Shown here piece after piece: positions 1 to 8,173 of a stretch of 40,520 nucleotides of DNA. Source of the DNA: an uncultured Ectothiorhodospiraceae bacterium (GTDB lineage Bacteria > Pseudomonadota > Gammaproteobacteria > Nitrococcales > Nitrococcaceae). The translations under genes and the position numbers were made by a program. The notes under the pieces are model-generated. The model worked only from the letters and a program-made list of their open reading frames with translations. It made no database searches and was not told the DNA's origin. Where the stretch lies: assembly GCA_964530405.1 (NCBI GenBank), contig CAZHBN010000001.1:1-40520 (forward strand). The letters are read 5' to 3'. Positions within the stretch are counted from its first letter, which is position 1, and every line of letters begins with the position of its first letter.

Positions 1-725
1 GCCGACTCGGGCACGTCGGTCTGCTCGCCCCAGGTCATCGGCGAGCTCGGCGGCAGATCGCAATACCAGTCGTAGAACGACAGGCAGACACCACCGAGGA
101 GCGAGAGATAGCGCGTACCCGCGGCATAGGAGACCATCGACATGGCCGGAATGGGCGAAAAGCCCACCACCCGGTCCGGGCCATGCGCCTTGACGGTGTA
201 GATGTTGGCCGCCGCGATGAGCTCGGTGACCTCGTCCCAGTCCGCACGCACGAACCCGCCAAGGCCGCGAATGGATTGATACTCGTGCACCTTCTCCGGG
301 ATGCTCATCAGGTATTCCCACGCCTCGACCGGGTCGTCGTGGACCTTGCGGGCCTCCCGCCACATGCGCAGCAGTCGACCGCGCACCATGGGGTGCTTCA
401 GCCGGTTGGCCGAATAGATGTACCAGGAGTAGCTCGCGCCGCGGGGGCAGCCCCGCGGCTCGTGGTTGGGAAGATCCGGCCGGGTGCGGGGGTAGTCCGT
501 CTGCTGGGTCTCCCAGGTGACCAGCCCGTCCTTCACGTAGATCTTCCATGAGCACGCGCCGGTGCAATTCACACCGTGGGTGGAACGCACGACCTTGTCG
601 TGCTGCCAGCGCTGGCGATAGGCCTTCTCCCACGAGCGGTCCTCGTAGGTAGTCTGGCCGTGGCCGTCCGCGAAGGTGTCCTGCACCTTGCGGAAGAACA
701 TCAGGCGGTCGAGAAAGTGACTCAT
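1..725 (-). CDS. narG: Respiratory nitrate reductase alpha subunit (5' part; runs off the window edge)
   Basis: Not in the ORF track. Manual translation from ATG 725 gives [65 protein letters not shown]...[14 protein letters not shown]...[26 protein letters not shown]. Contains the FS0 motif HxxxCxxxC...C and the Mo-ligand Asp region. GAGG SD upstream. Confidence 0.98.
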   Translation of the reverse strand, partial: MSHFLDRLMFFRKVQDTFADGHGQTTYEDRSWEKAYRQRWQHDKVVRSTHGVNCTGACSWKIYVKDGLVTWETQQTDYPRTRPDLPNHEPRGCPRGASYSWYIYSANRLKHPMVRGRLLRMWREARKVHDDPVEAWEYLMSIPEKVHEYQSIRGLGGFVRADWDEVTELIAAANIYTVKAHGPDRVVGFSPIPAMSMVSYAAGTRYLSLLGGVCLSFYDWYCDLPPSSPMTWGEQTDVPES

Positions 726-809
726 CGTCAGGCCTCTTCGAACTTGGGGCGATTTCTTGTTGCGCGACTCGACACGCTCACGCGCGCCGACGGGTCGGTT
801 GCGCTTTCC

Positions 810-2219
810 TCAGCACGGAATCTCCGCATTGCGGCGTTGATAGAACCACCAGGTCACCACCACGCAGGTGACGTAATAGGCCACGAAGGCATACAGGGCC
901 GCGGTCGGTCCCCCGGTGAGATCGATCGAGGTGCCATAGGCCTTGGGGATGAAGAACGCGCCGTAAGCGGCGAGCGCAGAGCTGAAACCGAGCGTAGCGG
1001 CGGACTCCTTGTTGGCGTCCTTGACCGCCTGCGCGCGTGCAGCCTCGTCCCCGCCTTCGCTCCAGCGCCCGTGAAGCGTGTGGAAGATCACCGGAATCAT
1101 CCGAAAGGTCGATCCGTTGCCGATGCCGGTAGTGATGAACAGCACCATGAACATCCCGAAGAATCCCCAGAAATGCCCGGCGGTACCCATTACCGGCAGG
1201 AAATAGACCACACCGAATACGGCCGCGATCATGACCACAAAGTTCCACAGCGTGACCCGCGCGCCGCCGGCCTTGTCCGCCATCCACCCGCCCACCGGGC
1301 GGATGAGCGCGCCCACCATCGGGCCGAGGAAGGCGAACTGCAGCGGATCCACATCCGGGAACTGCGTCTTGATCAGCATGGGAAAGCCCGCGGAGTAACC
1401 GATGAAGCTGCCGAACGTGGCGATGTACAGCCAGCTCATCAGCCACTGGTGCTTGCGCCGGAATATCACCGCCTGATCGCGGAACGATGCGCGGGCATCG
1501 GCGATGTCGTTCATCCCGAACCAGGCGAGCACCGTGAACAGCAGGATGAACGGCACCCAGATGAAACCGGCGTTCTGCAGCCACAGCGGCTCACCGCCGC
1601 CGGCCTGCTGCGCCGAGCCGAACATGAAGCTCAGTGCGCCCGTACCAATCACCGCCGGCACCACGAACTGCATCACCGATACGCCCAGGTTGCCGAGACC
1701 GGCGTTGAGACCGAGCGCGGTGCCCTGTTGGCGTTTGGGGTAGAAGAAACTGATATTCGCCATGCTGGAGGCGAAGTTGCCGCCACCGAAACCGCATAGC
1801 AGGGCGATCAGGGCGAACTCCCAGAACGTGGTGGTCGGGTCCTGTACCGCGACGCCCATCCAGAGGGCCGGAACCGCCAGCGACAGCGTGGATACCGCCG
1901 TCCACCGGCGGCCGCCGAATATCGGCACCATGAAGCTGTAGAAAATTCTCAGTGTCGCCCCCGACAGGCCCGGGAGCGCCGTCAACCAGAACAGCTCGTT
2001 GGTGGTAAGCGTGAAGCCGATGCTGTTCAGCCGTGTAGCGACCGCGCTCCAAACCAGCCACACCGCAAAGGCGAGCAGCAGCGCGGGTATGGAAATCCAG
2101 AGGTTGCGCGTGGCGACTGCCTTGCCCTCGCGCTCCCAGAACTCCTTGTCCTCGGGGCGCCAGTCGGTCAGCACCCGGCCACCGCCGGGAGCGACTGTAT
2201 TCGTGTTATCCAGGGCCAT
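810..2219 (-). CDS. narK2: MFS nitrate/nitrite transporter, NarK2-type (probable nitrate/nitrite antiporter)
   Basis: Hydrophobic MFS pattern with WRPEDKEFW, GATLRIFYSF, GGGNFASSM, GLNAGLGNLG, GALIRPVGG and GIGNGSTFRMIP. ATG 2219 is preferred over GTG 2234 because GGAGA precedes it. Directly upstream of narG. Confidence 0.93.
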   Translation of the reverse strand: MALDNTNTVAPGGGRVLTDWRPEDKEFWEREGKAVATRNLWISIPALLLAFAVWLVWSAVATRLNSIGFTLTTNELFWLTALPGLSGATLRIFYSFMVPIFGGRRWTAVSTLSLAVPALWMGVAVQDPTTTFWEFALIALLCGFGGGNFASSMANISFFYPKRQQGTALGLNAGLGNLGVSVMQFVVPAVIGTGALSFMFGSAQQAGGGEPLWLQNAGFIWVPFILLFTVLAWFGMNDIADARASFRDQAVIFRRKHQWLMSWLYIATFGSFIGYSAGFPMLIKTQFPDVDPLQFAFLGPMVGALIRPVGGWMADKAGGARVTLWNFVVMIAAVFGVVYFLPVMGTAGHFWGFFGMFMVLFITTGIGNGSTFRMIPVIFHTLHGRWSEGGDEAARAQAVKDANKESAATLGFSSALAAYGAFFIPKAYGTSIDLTGGPTAALYAFVAYYVTCVVVTWWFYQRRNAEIPC

Positions 2220-2249
2220 GTCGAAATTCTCCACAATTGGTCGTTGGTC

Positions 2250-2276
2250 GGGGCCGGCGGCAATGCCACCGGCCCC
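2250..2276. other. GC-rich intergenic hairpin between narK1 and narK2
   Basis: ggggccgg-c-ggc...gcc-a-ccggcccc inverted repeat with no U-tract; more like an mRNA stability or pausing element than a terminator. Confidence 0.45.
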
Positions 2277-2290
2277 CGCCCCTTCGCCGC

Positions 2291-3679
2291 CTAGGCGTGC
2301 TGAGGGCTGCCCTCGTCTTCGTCGGCGGCGCGCTGCTGTGCCCCGCTCTGACGCTGGCGGGCACTGGCCGCCGCCGGTTCCTGGATTTCCGGAAGATAGC
2401 GGAACCGCTCCTCACCCAGGGCCGGGATCCGCTTGCGCTCCATGCGCCGGATAGCGCCGTGCATCCAGACCAGAGACACGGCAACCAGCACGAACAACAC
2501 CATGTAGGAGCTCGTCCAGACGCCGGTGAGATCGAGCACAGCGCCGAAGAGAATCGGTAGAAAGAATCCCCCAAGGCCGCCGATCATCCCCACCAGACCG
2601 CCGACAGACCCCACATTGTTCGGGTAGTAGACGGGAATGTGTTTGTAAACCGCGGCCTTGCCGAGGGACATGAAGAAGCCGAGCACGACGGTGCAGGTGA
2701 CCACGGCCCACAGCGGAAGCGCGAAGGTGAAGCTGATCGGTCCGTCCTTGCCCTCGATGACGTAACTGGTCTCCGGATAGGAGAGCAGGAACAGGCACAC
2801 GAGCGAGGCAATGAACGTGCAGTACATCACCGCGCGCGCGCCGTAGCGGTCGGAGAACCAGCCTCCCAGGGCACGAAAGACACTGGCGGGCATGGAGTAC
2901 AGCGCCGCGAGGGTACCGGCGACGGCGATATCCAGACCGTAGGCGCCGACGTAATACCGCGGGAGATAGGAGGCCAACGCGACGAATGCACCGAAGACGA
3001 AGAAGTAGTAAAGCGCGAAACGCCAGACCTGCACGTACTTCAACGGCTCCAGCTGGGCGATTGCGGACGAGGCCTTTGCGCCGGTACGGCGGCGCTCGAC
3101 GGTAACCGGATCCTCGGCAGTGAAGATCCAGAAGACCACGGCGACCACCGCGAGGATTGCCGCATAGACGACGGCCGTGCGCTCCCAGCCCAATGCTAGC
3201 AACAGGAATGGCGCACCGAAGTTGGTTACCGCCGCCCCCACGTTGCCGGCACCGAAGATGCCCAGGGCCGTGCCCTGACGCTCCTTCTCGAACCAGTAGG
3301 AGGTGTAGGCGATGCCGACAATGAACGAGCCGCCCGCCAGGCCTACACCCAGCGCCGCGACCAGGAACATTGCATAGCTCTGGACATACGACAGCAGAAA
3401 CACACAGACCGCGGTCACCAGCATGAGCAGGCTGAATACCCGGCGGCCGCCGTACTGCTCGGTCCAGATCCCGAGAAAGATTCGACTGATGGACCCGGTG
3501 AGCACGGGCGTGGCGACGAGAATGCCAAACTGGGTCTCGTTGAGGCCCAGGTCCTGCTTGATCTTCACCCCGAGGACGGAAAAGATCGTCCAGACAGCAA
3601 AGCACACGGTGAACGATAAGGTACTGAATGACAGTGCCCGGTATTGCTGGGACTTGGTAACGCCCTGCAGATGCTTCAT
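2291..3679 (-). CDS. narK1: MFS nitrate transporter, NarK1-type (probable nitrate/proton symporter)
   Basis: FTVCFAVWTIFS, TGSISRIFLG, GGSFIVG, GIFGAGNVG, FRALGGWFSD, GKAAVYKHIP and VGGLVGMIGGLGGF motifs. AGGAGG SD. First gene of the nar operon. Confidence 0.93.
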   Translation of the reverse strand: MKHLQGVTKSQQYRALSFSTLSFTVCFAVWTIFSVLGVKIKQDLGLNETQFGILVATPVLTGSISRIFLGIWTEQYGGRRVFSLLMLVTAVCVFLLSYVQSYAMFLVAALGVGLAGGSFIVGIAYTSYWFEKERQGTALGIFGAGNVGAAVTNFGAPFLLLALGWERTAVVYAAILAVVAVVFWIFTAEDPVTVERRRTGAKASSAIAQLEPLKYVQVWRFALYYFFVFGAFVALASYLPRYYVGAYGLDIAVAGTLAALYSMPASVFRALGGWFSDRYGARAVMYCTFIASLVCLFLLSYPETSYVIEGKDGPISFTFALPLWAVVTCTVVLGFFMSLGKAAVYKHIPVYYPNNVGSVGGLVGMIGGLGGFFLPILFGAVLDLTGVWTSSYMVLFVLVAVSLVWMHGAIRRMERKRIPALGEERFRYLPEIQEPAAASARQRQSGAQQRAADEDEGSPQHA

Positions 3680-3748
3680 GGCTGCCTCCTGACAGACCCA
3701 GACCGCTTGACTTGGGCGTCAGGTTGCGTCCGCAAACGAATGCACCAA

Positions 3749-3762
3749 TTGACGTGCATCAA
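3749..3762. promoter_or_regulatory. FNR/ANR/DNR-type binding box
   Basis: TTGAC-GTGC-ATCAA, one mismatch to TTGAT-N4-ATCAA, about 70 bp upstream of the narK1 ATG. Position fits a class II anaerobic promoter. Confidence 0.85.
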
Positions 3763-3799
3763 GTCCCGATTCCTGGGGACGCGGAACAATGCCGTCGAT

Positions 3800-3815
3800 T
3801 ACCTCTTTGTGGGTA
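3800..3815. promoter_or_regulatory. NarL 7-2-7 inverted heptamer site
   Basis: TACCTCT-tt-GTGGGTA (right half reads TACCCAC on the other strand) against consensus TACYYMT. Lies between narK1 and narX. Confidence 0.75.
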
Positions 3816-3883
3816 GAATGCCATTGACCCGTAAGCGGTTGTTCGAAAAGGAAAATCAAAGCGGTGAATCCAGCCTCGGGAGC

Positions 3884-5776
3884 ATGAGGGAGGAACACCT
3901 GGATTCATTCGGGGTAGACGCCGAGGATCCCCGTCCGTTCGGGCGTTTGTCCCACCGATCGCTGCTCGTACGGGTCGGCTTCGCGATGACCGCCATTTCC
4001 GGCCTGGCCATCCTCAGCCTGCTGACGTCGGTCATCATCGCCGACACCGCAACCGGCGATGCCGCCGCCATCAACCGTGCCGGCACGCTGCGCATGCAGA
4101 TCTACCGCATGGCCAGCGCGATCAATGCCGGAGACGAACCCGCCTTGCTCGAACGCTACGCCGAACGCTTCCAGGCAACCCTGGACAGTCGGGCACTGGC
4201 GGCGGTCCTCCCCGACACCCCGGGGCATCCCCTGAAGAAAGCATTCACGGACATCGAGCGACGCTGGCAGGACACGCTCGAACCGGCGGCGACCGGCACG
4301 CGTGCGGGCGGCCACCAACGCTTTCTCGCTGCTGCCGACGACTTCGTCGCCGAGCTGGACAATCTCGTTCATCTGCTGCAACGGGAAGCGGAGCACAAAC
4401 TGCAATTGCTCCGGCTTATCCAGGGGCTGAGCCTGTTCGTGACCATCGCCCTGGTGTTCTTCAGCATGTACCGCGTGCTCACAGACGTCTTCCCGCCGTT
4501 GCGGGACCTGCTCACGGTGGTCGATGCGGTTCGGCGCGGGGATCTCGCCGCGCGCACGAGCTATCGTGGCGAAGACGAGATCGGCATGCTCTCGCGCACG
4601 TTCAATCGCATGGCCGCCAGCCTCCAGGCTGTCTACGACAACCTGGAACAACGCGTGCATGACAAGACGGCCCAGCTCGAAGCGAGCAACCGCGCGCTGC
4701 AACTGCTCTACGACACCGCCAGTGGCCTCGGCCATCACGTCGACAGCAATGCGGACTACGCCGACGTGCTCGCCCGGATCGAGCGCGAGCTGAACGTAGG
4801 GCCACTGGTGTTGTGCCTGCGAACCTCGGAAAGCGAAGCCGCGATGCGTATCGTCAGTGGCACCACTGACGGCGACGACCACGCACCGCCGTGCCCACGC
4901 GGTGATCCGTTGCGGGATACAACGCGAACCTCGATCGTCGACGAAGGGGTTCTCGCCATTCCTCTCGTCGATGGCGAGGACGCCTTCGGCCACCTGCTCG
5001 TGCCGTACACGCCGTCATCGCCGCTGCCGCCCTGGCAGATCCGGCTGTGCGAGGCCGTTGCCGGCCACGTCGCCACGGCGCTCGGACGCCACCACCGCGA
5101 GGCGGATCGCCGTCGACTGGCACTCATGGAGGAGCGCGCGGTAATCGCCCGCGAGCTGCACGACTCCCTCGCCCAGGCCCTTTCTTACCTGAAAATTCAG
5201 ACCGCCCGACTCCATCGCGAGCTTCACGCCGACACCCTCGACCGGTCAGCGGCCTGGGCAGTCGTGAATGAAATCCGCGAGGGGCTCACCAATGCCTACC
5301 GTCAGTTGCGCGAGCTCCTCAATACCTTCCGGCTACGACTCAATGAAGGCGGGTTGACCCAGGCGCTCGAAGCGGCCGCCGAGGAGTTTTCCAACCGAGG
5401 CGACATTGCGATCGATCTGGACTCACGGCTGGGCCAATGGCCGTTGACGCCGAATGAAGAACTCCACGTAGTGCAGATCGTGCGCGAAGCACTCGCCAAC
5501 GTCGTCCAGCACGCCCGGGCGACGAAGGCGACGGTAAGGCTGGAGCACTGCGACGGCCAGACAGTGGTGAGTATCATCGACGACGGCATAGGCATGCCCG
5601 TGACCAGCGGCCGGGACAACCACTACGGTACGACCATCATGCAAGAGCGTGCCCGCGGTCTCGGCGGCGACATCACCTTCGTCTCTCCCCCGGAAGGGGG
5701 CACCCGGGTACGGCTTCGTTTCGAGCCAACATTCACCCGCAGCCACCAACCGGCATCCGGGTCCACCAATGAGTGA
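3884..5776 (+). CDS. narX: Nitrate/nitrite sensor histidine kinase NarX/NarQ
   Basis: P-box DAAAINRAGTLRMQIYR, two TM helices, HAMP (EDEIGMLSRTFNRMA), HisKA_3 H-box ERAVIARELHDSLAQ, ATPase EALANVVQHA/DDGIG. The start is uncertain; the track's 3644 start overlaps narK1 and the promoter region. Confidence 0.93.
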   Translation: MREEHLDSFGVDAEDPRPFGRLSHRSLLVRVGFAMTAISGLAILSLLTSVIIADTATGDAAAINRAGTLRMQIYRMASAINAGDEPALLERYAERFQATLDSRALAAVLPDTPGHPLKKAFTDIERRWQDTLEPAATGTRAGGHQRFLAAADDFVAELDNLVHLLQREAEHKLQLLRLIQGLSLFVTIALVFFSMYRVLTDVFPPLRDLLTVVDAVRRGDLAARTSYRGEDEIGMLSRTFNRMAASLQAVYDNLEQRVHDKTAQLEASNRALQLLYDTASGLGHHVDSNADYADVLARIERELNVGPLVLCLRTSESEAAMRIVSGTTDGDDHAPPCPRGDPLRDTTRTSIVDEGVLAIPLVDGEDAFGHLLVPYTPSSPLPPWQIRLCEAVAGHVATALGRHHREADRRRLALMEERAVIARELHDSLAQALSYLKIQTARLHRELHADTLDRSAAWAVVNEIREGLTNAYRQLRELLNTFRLRLNEGGLTQALEAAAEEFSNRGDIAIDLDSRLGQWPLTPNEELHVVQIVREALANVVQHARATKATVRLEHCDGQTVVSIIDDGIGMPVTSGRDNHYGTTIMQERARGLGGDITFVSPPEGGTRVRLRFEPTFTRSHQPASGSTNE

Positions 5777-6419
5777 GCCAGCCATGACCACCGTGCTCAT
5801 CGTCGATGATCATCCGCTGTTCCGGCGGGGCGTACGCCAGTTGCTCGAGATGGACGGCGACATGGAATGCGTTGGCGAGGCGGCGGACGGCGAAACGGCG
5901 CTGGCGCTCGCCCGCGCACACATGCCGGAGCTGATCCTGCTCGATCTGCAGATGGCCGGCATGGACGGTCTCGCGACGTTGCGCGCGCTTCACGAGGCAG
6001 AAGTGTCCGGCCGCGTCGTCATGCTCACCGTCTCCGACAGCGACGAGGACGTCATCGCCGCGTTGCGCGACGGCGCCGACGGCTACCTGCTCAAGGATAT
6101 GGAACCCGAGGAGATGCTCGAACGCATCCGCGCGGCCGCCGCCGGGGAGATGGTACTAAGCGATCGCCTCACCCGGGTACTCGCAACGGCTGTGGCCGGC
6201 CCAAGGGACCGGGATGCCGCCCGACTCGCCAGCCTCACCGGCCGCGAGCACGATGTGCTGCGTGCCCTCGCCCGCGGGTTGAGCAACAAGGTCATCGCGC
6301 GGCAGCTGAGCGTGAGCGAGGGTACCGTCAAAGTGCACGTGAAGAATCTGCTCAAGAAGCTCGGCCTGAAATCCCGGGTGCAGGCCGCCGTATGGGCGGT
6401 CAACCAGGGGCTGCGCTAA
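5769..6419 (+). CDS. narL: Response regulator NarL (REC + LuxR-type HTH)
   Basis: IVDDHPLFRRG, LLDLQM, MLTVSD, ADGYLLKDMEPE, LTGRE...GLSNKVIARQL...TVKVHVKNLLKKL. Start overlaps the narX stop (ATGAGTGA). Confidence 0.95.
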   Translation: MSEPAMTTVLIVDDHPLFRRGVRQLLEMDGDMECVGEAADGETALALARAHMPELILLDLQMAGMDGLATLRALHEAEVSGRVVMLTVSDSDEDVIAALRDGADGYLLKDMEPEEMLERIRAAAAGEMVLSDRLTRVLATAVAGPRDRDAARLASLTGREHDVLRALARGLSNKVIARQLSVSEGTVKVHVKNLLKKLGLKSRVQAAVWAVNQGLR

Positions 6420-6754
6420 CCGGCCTGAACCAGCCGTTCCCCGAACAGATCGAGGAAAAGGAAACCGCCGACCAGCACCACGTTCAGGGCCCATGCCACC
6501 GTGAGGACTCTGGCCACGTTGCCCCAGATTTCGTCGGAGGCATTGCCGGCGCAGCGCCATACCGATACCAGGATCCAGACCGTATAGGCACTCATGATCA
6601 CGGCTGCCGTCAGGAACACACGCCAGGTGATGCCGAACACCGATGCATCCAGTGCGAACGCCGCGGCGAGCACCCAGCTGCCGACCACGCCCCAGAGCCA
6701 GAAAACCCGTGCCAGGGAACCATCGCCGTGCCAGTAATCCGAGACGATGCTCAT
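6416..6754 (-). CDS. Small Trp-rich integral membrane protein of unknown function (about 3 TM)
   Basis: 112 aa with hydrophobic segments, YWHGDGSLARVFWLWG and VSVWRCAGN. GGAGG SD. Stop overlaps the narL stop. Confidence 0.75.
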   Translation of the reverse strand: MSIVSDYWHGDGSLARVFWLWGVVGSWVLAAAFALDASVFGITWRVFLTAAVIMSAYTVWILVSVWRCAGNASDEIWGNVARVLTVAWALNVVLVGGFLFLDLFGERLVQAG

Positions 6755-6900
6755 CGTTATGACCTCCGTTGGGTGTGTTTGTCGCGAGCTGTCCGTGCCG
6801 GTTCACACCGTAACGCGCACGTACAACGATAGCCCATCGGCTCACCCGTAGTATCGGCAATGCACCCGGCCCTGCCACCCACCGGCACCGCGTACGCGTT

Positions 6901-6929
6901 TTGCGGGGTCCCGGTACATCGGCGATAAT
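6901..6929 (+). promoter_or_regulatory. Putative sigma70 promoter for the traB-aminotransferase pair
   Basis: TTGCGG-N17-GATAAT ending 37 bp before ATG 6966. Confidence 0.5.
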
Positions 6930-6965
6930 CATGCGTCGCCCATCACCCCGGATACACAGTCTCCC

Positions 6966-8162
6966 ATGAGCGAATCCAGCACGGATCACCTGATCCGGAC
7001 GGTCACCGTCGGAAGCACTACGTTCACCCTCCTCGGCACTGCGCACGTGTCCGCGCAGAGCGTCGACGACGTACGCCGCGAAATCGCCACCGGCGACTAC
7101 GACGCCGTCGCCGTGGAGCTCTGCGAGAGCCGGCATCGCGCCATGACCCGCCCCGACGCCCTCGAGGACATGAACCTCTTCCAGGTGATCCGCGAAGGCA
7201 AAGCCGGAATGGTTGCCGCCAGCCTGGCGCTGGGCGCCTACCAGCAACGCCTCGCAGAGCAGTTCCAGATTCGCCCCGGGGCGGAGATGGAGGCGGCCAT
7301 CAAGGGCGCCGGGGACGCCGGCCTGCCCCTGTTCCTCATCGACCGGGAAATCGGCGTCACCCTGAAACGCATCTACCGCCGCACGCCCTGGTGGCAGCGC
7401 ATGATGCTGATATCCGGGCTGCTCGCGAGCACGCTATCCCGCGACGAGATCGATGCCGAGGAAATCGAGCGCCTCAAGGAGGGCGATATCCTCGAATCCA
7501 CCTTCTCGGAATTCGCGGACCGCTCCCGCGTTCTCTACGACACGCTCATCCACGAGCGCGACCGTTTCATGGCGGCACGCCTGCTCGCGGAAGCGCGGTC
7601 GAACCAGCCACGGCAAGTGCTCGCGGTGGTCGGTGCGGGCCATCTCGCCGGCCTGGAGGCCGCCCTGCGCGAAGGCATGGCCGACCCGGAGGCGGAAACC
7701 GAGGCACTCAACTACACGCCACCGCGGGCGCGGTGGGTACGCGCCCTGCCGTGGGTGGTGGTCGCCCTGATTCTCACCGGCTTCGTCATCGGATTCACGC
7801 GCAGTACGTCGCTGGGCCTGCAACTCGTCACTGAATGGGTGGTGATCAACGGCACACTGTCCGCGCTCGGTGCGATCATCGCGCTGGGGCACCCCCTGAC
7901 CATCGCCACCGCGTTCGTGGCGGCACCGCTGACCTCGCTCAACCCGACGATCGGCGCAGGGATGGTGATAGCTGCCGTAGAGATGGCGCTGCGCAAACCC
8001 CAAGTAAGGGATTTCCGCACCCTCCGGCGCGACGTCACCAAGCCACGGGGCTGGTGGCGTAACCGCGTCTCGCGCACGCTGCTCGTCTTTCTGCTGAGCA
8101 CGCTGGGATCAGCGGCCGGTACCTATCTCGCCGGCTTCCGCATCGCCGGCCAGTTGCTTTAG
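6966..8162 (+). CDS. TraB/PrgY/GumN (TIKI-like) family protein with C-terminal membrane domain
   Basis: LLGTAHVS, AVELCESR, RPGAEM, IDREIGVTL, LIHERDRFM and VVGAGHL motifs, followed by several TM helices (FVAAPLTSLNPTIGAG). Confidence 0.88.
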   Translation: MSESSTDHLIRTVTVGSTTFTLLGTAHVSAQSVDDVRREIATGDYDAVAVELCESRHRAMTRPDALEDMNLFQVIREGKAGMVAASLALGAYQQRLAEQFQIRPGAEMEAAIKGAGDAGLPLFLIDREIGVTLKRIYRRTPWWQRMMLISGLLASTLSRDEIDAEEIERLKEGDILESTFSEFADRSRVLYDTLIHERDRFMAARLLAEARSNQPRQVLAVVGAGHLAGLEAALREGMADPEAETEALNYTPPRARWVRALPWVVVALILTGFVIGFTRSTSLGLQLVTEWVVINGTLSALGAIIALGHPLTIATAFVAAPLTSLNPTIGAGMVIAAVEMALRKPQVRDFRTLRRDVTKPRGWWRNRVSRTLLVFLLSTLGSAAGTYLAGFRIAGQLL

Positions 8163-8173
8163 GGTGCGGCGGC

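Noticed and set aside
576-1799. 407-aa + strand ORF, and similar long antisense ORFs (3905-4993, 11480-12667, 13975-15363, 15701-16900, 28845-30314)
   Set aside because: Shadow ORFs opposite well-supported genes, expected in high-GC DNA. No recognisable motifs.
2219-2293. Possible NarK1-NarK2 fusion by stop read-through, as in fused NarK proteins
   Set aside because: The two genes are in different frames, and narK2 has its own SD and ATG.
3644-3883. 80-aa N-terminal extension of NarX in the ORF track
   Set aside because: It overlaps the narK1 start and the FNR/NarL sites, so it is a longest-ORF artefact. The same applies to track extensions of narL, holB, mltG, rluC, rne, lolD, DUF2062 and the deacetylase.
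6755-6965. Possible riboswitch or sRNA in this 211-bp intergenic region
   Set aside because: No recognisable aptamer core, terminator or FNR box by eye. A covariance-model scan would be needed.
6966-8162. TraB name suggesting a conjugative element
   Set aside because: This is the pheromone-shutdown/TIKI family, not a conjugation pilus protein. No relaxase, integrase or T4SS genes are nearby.
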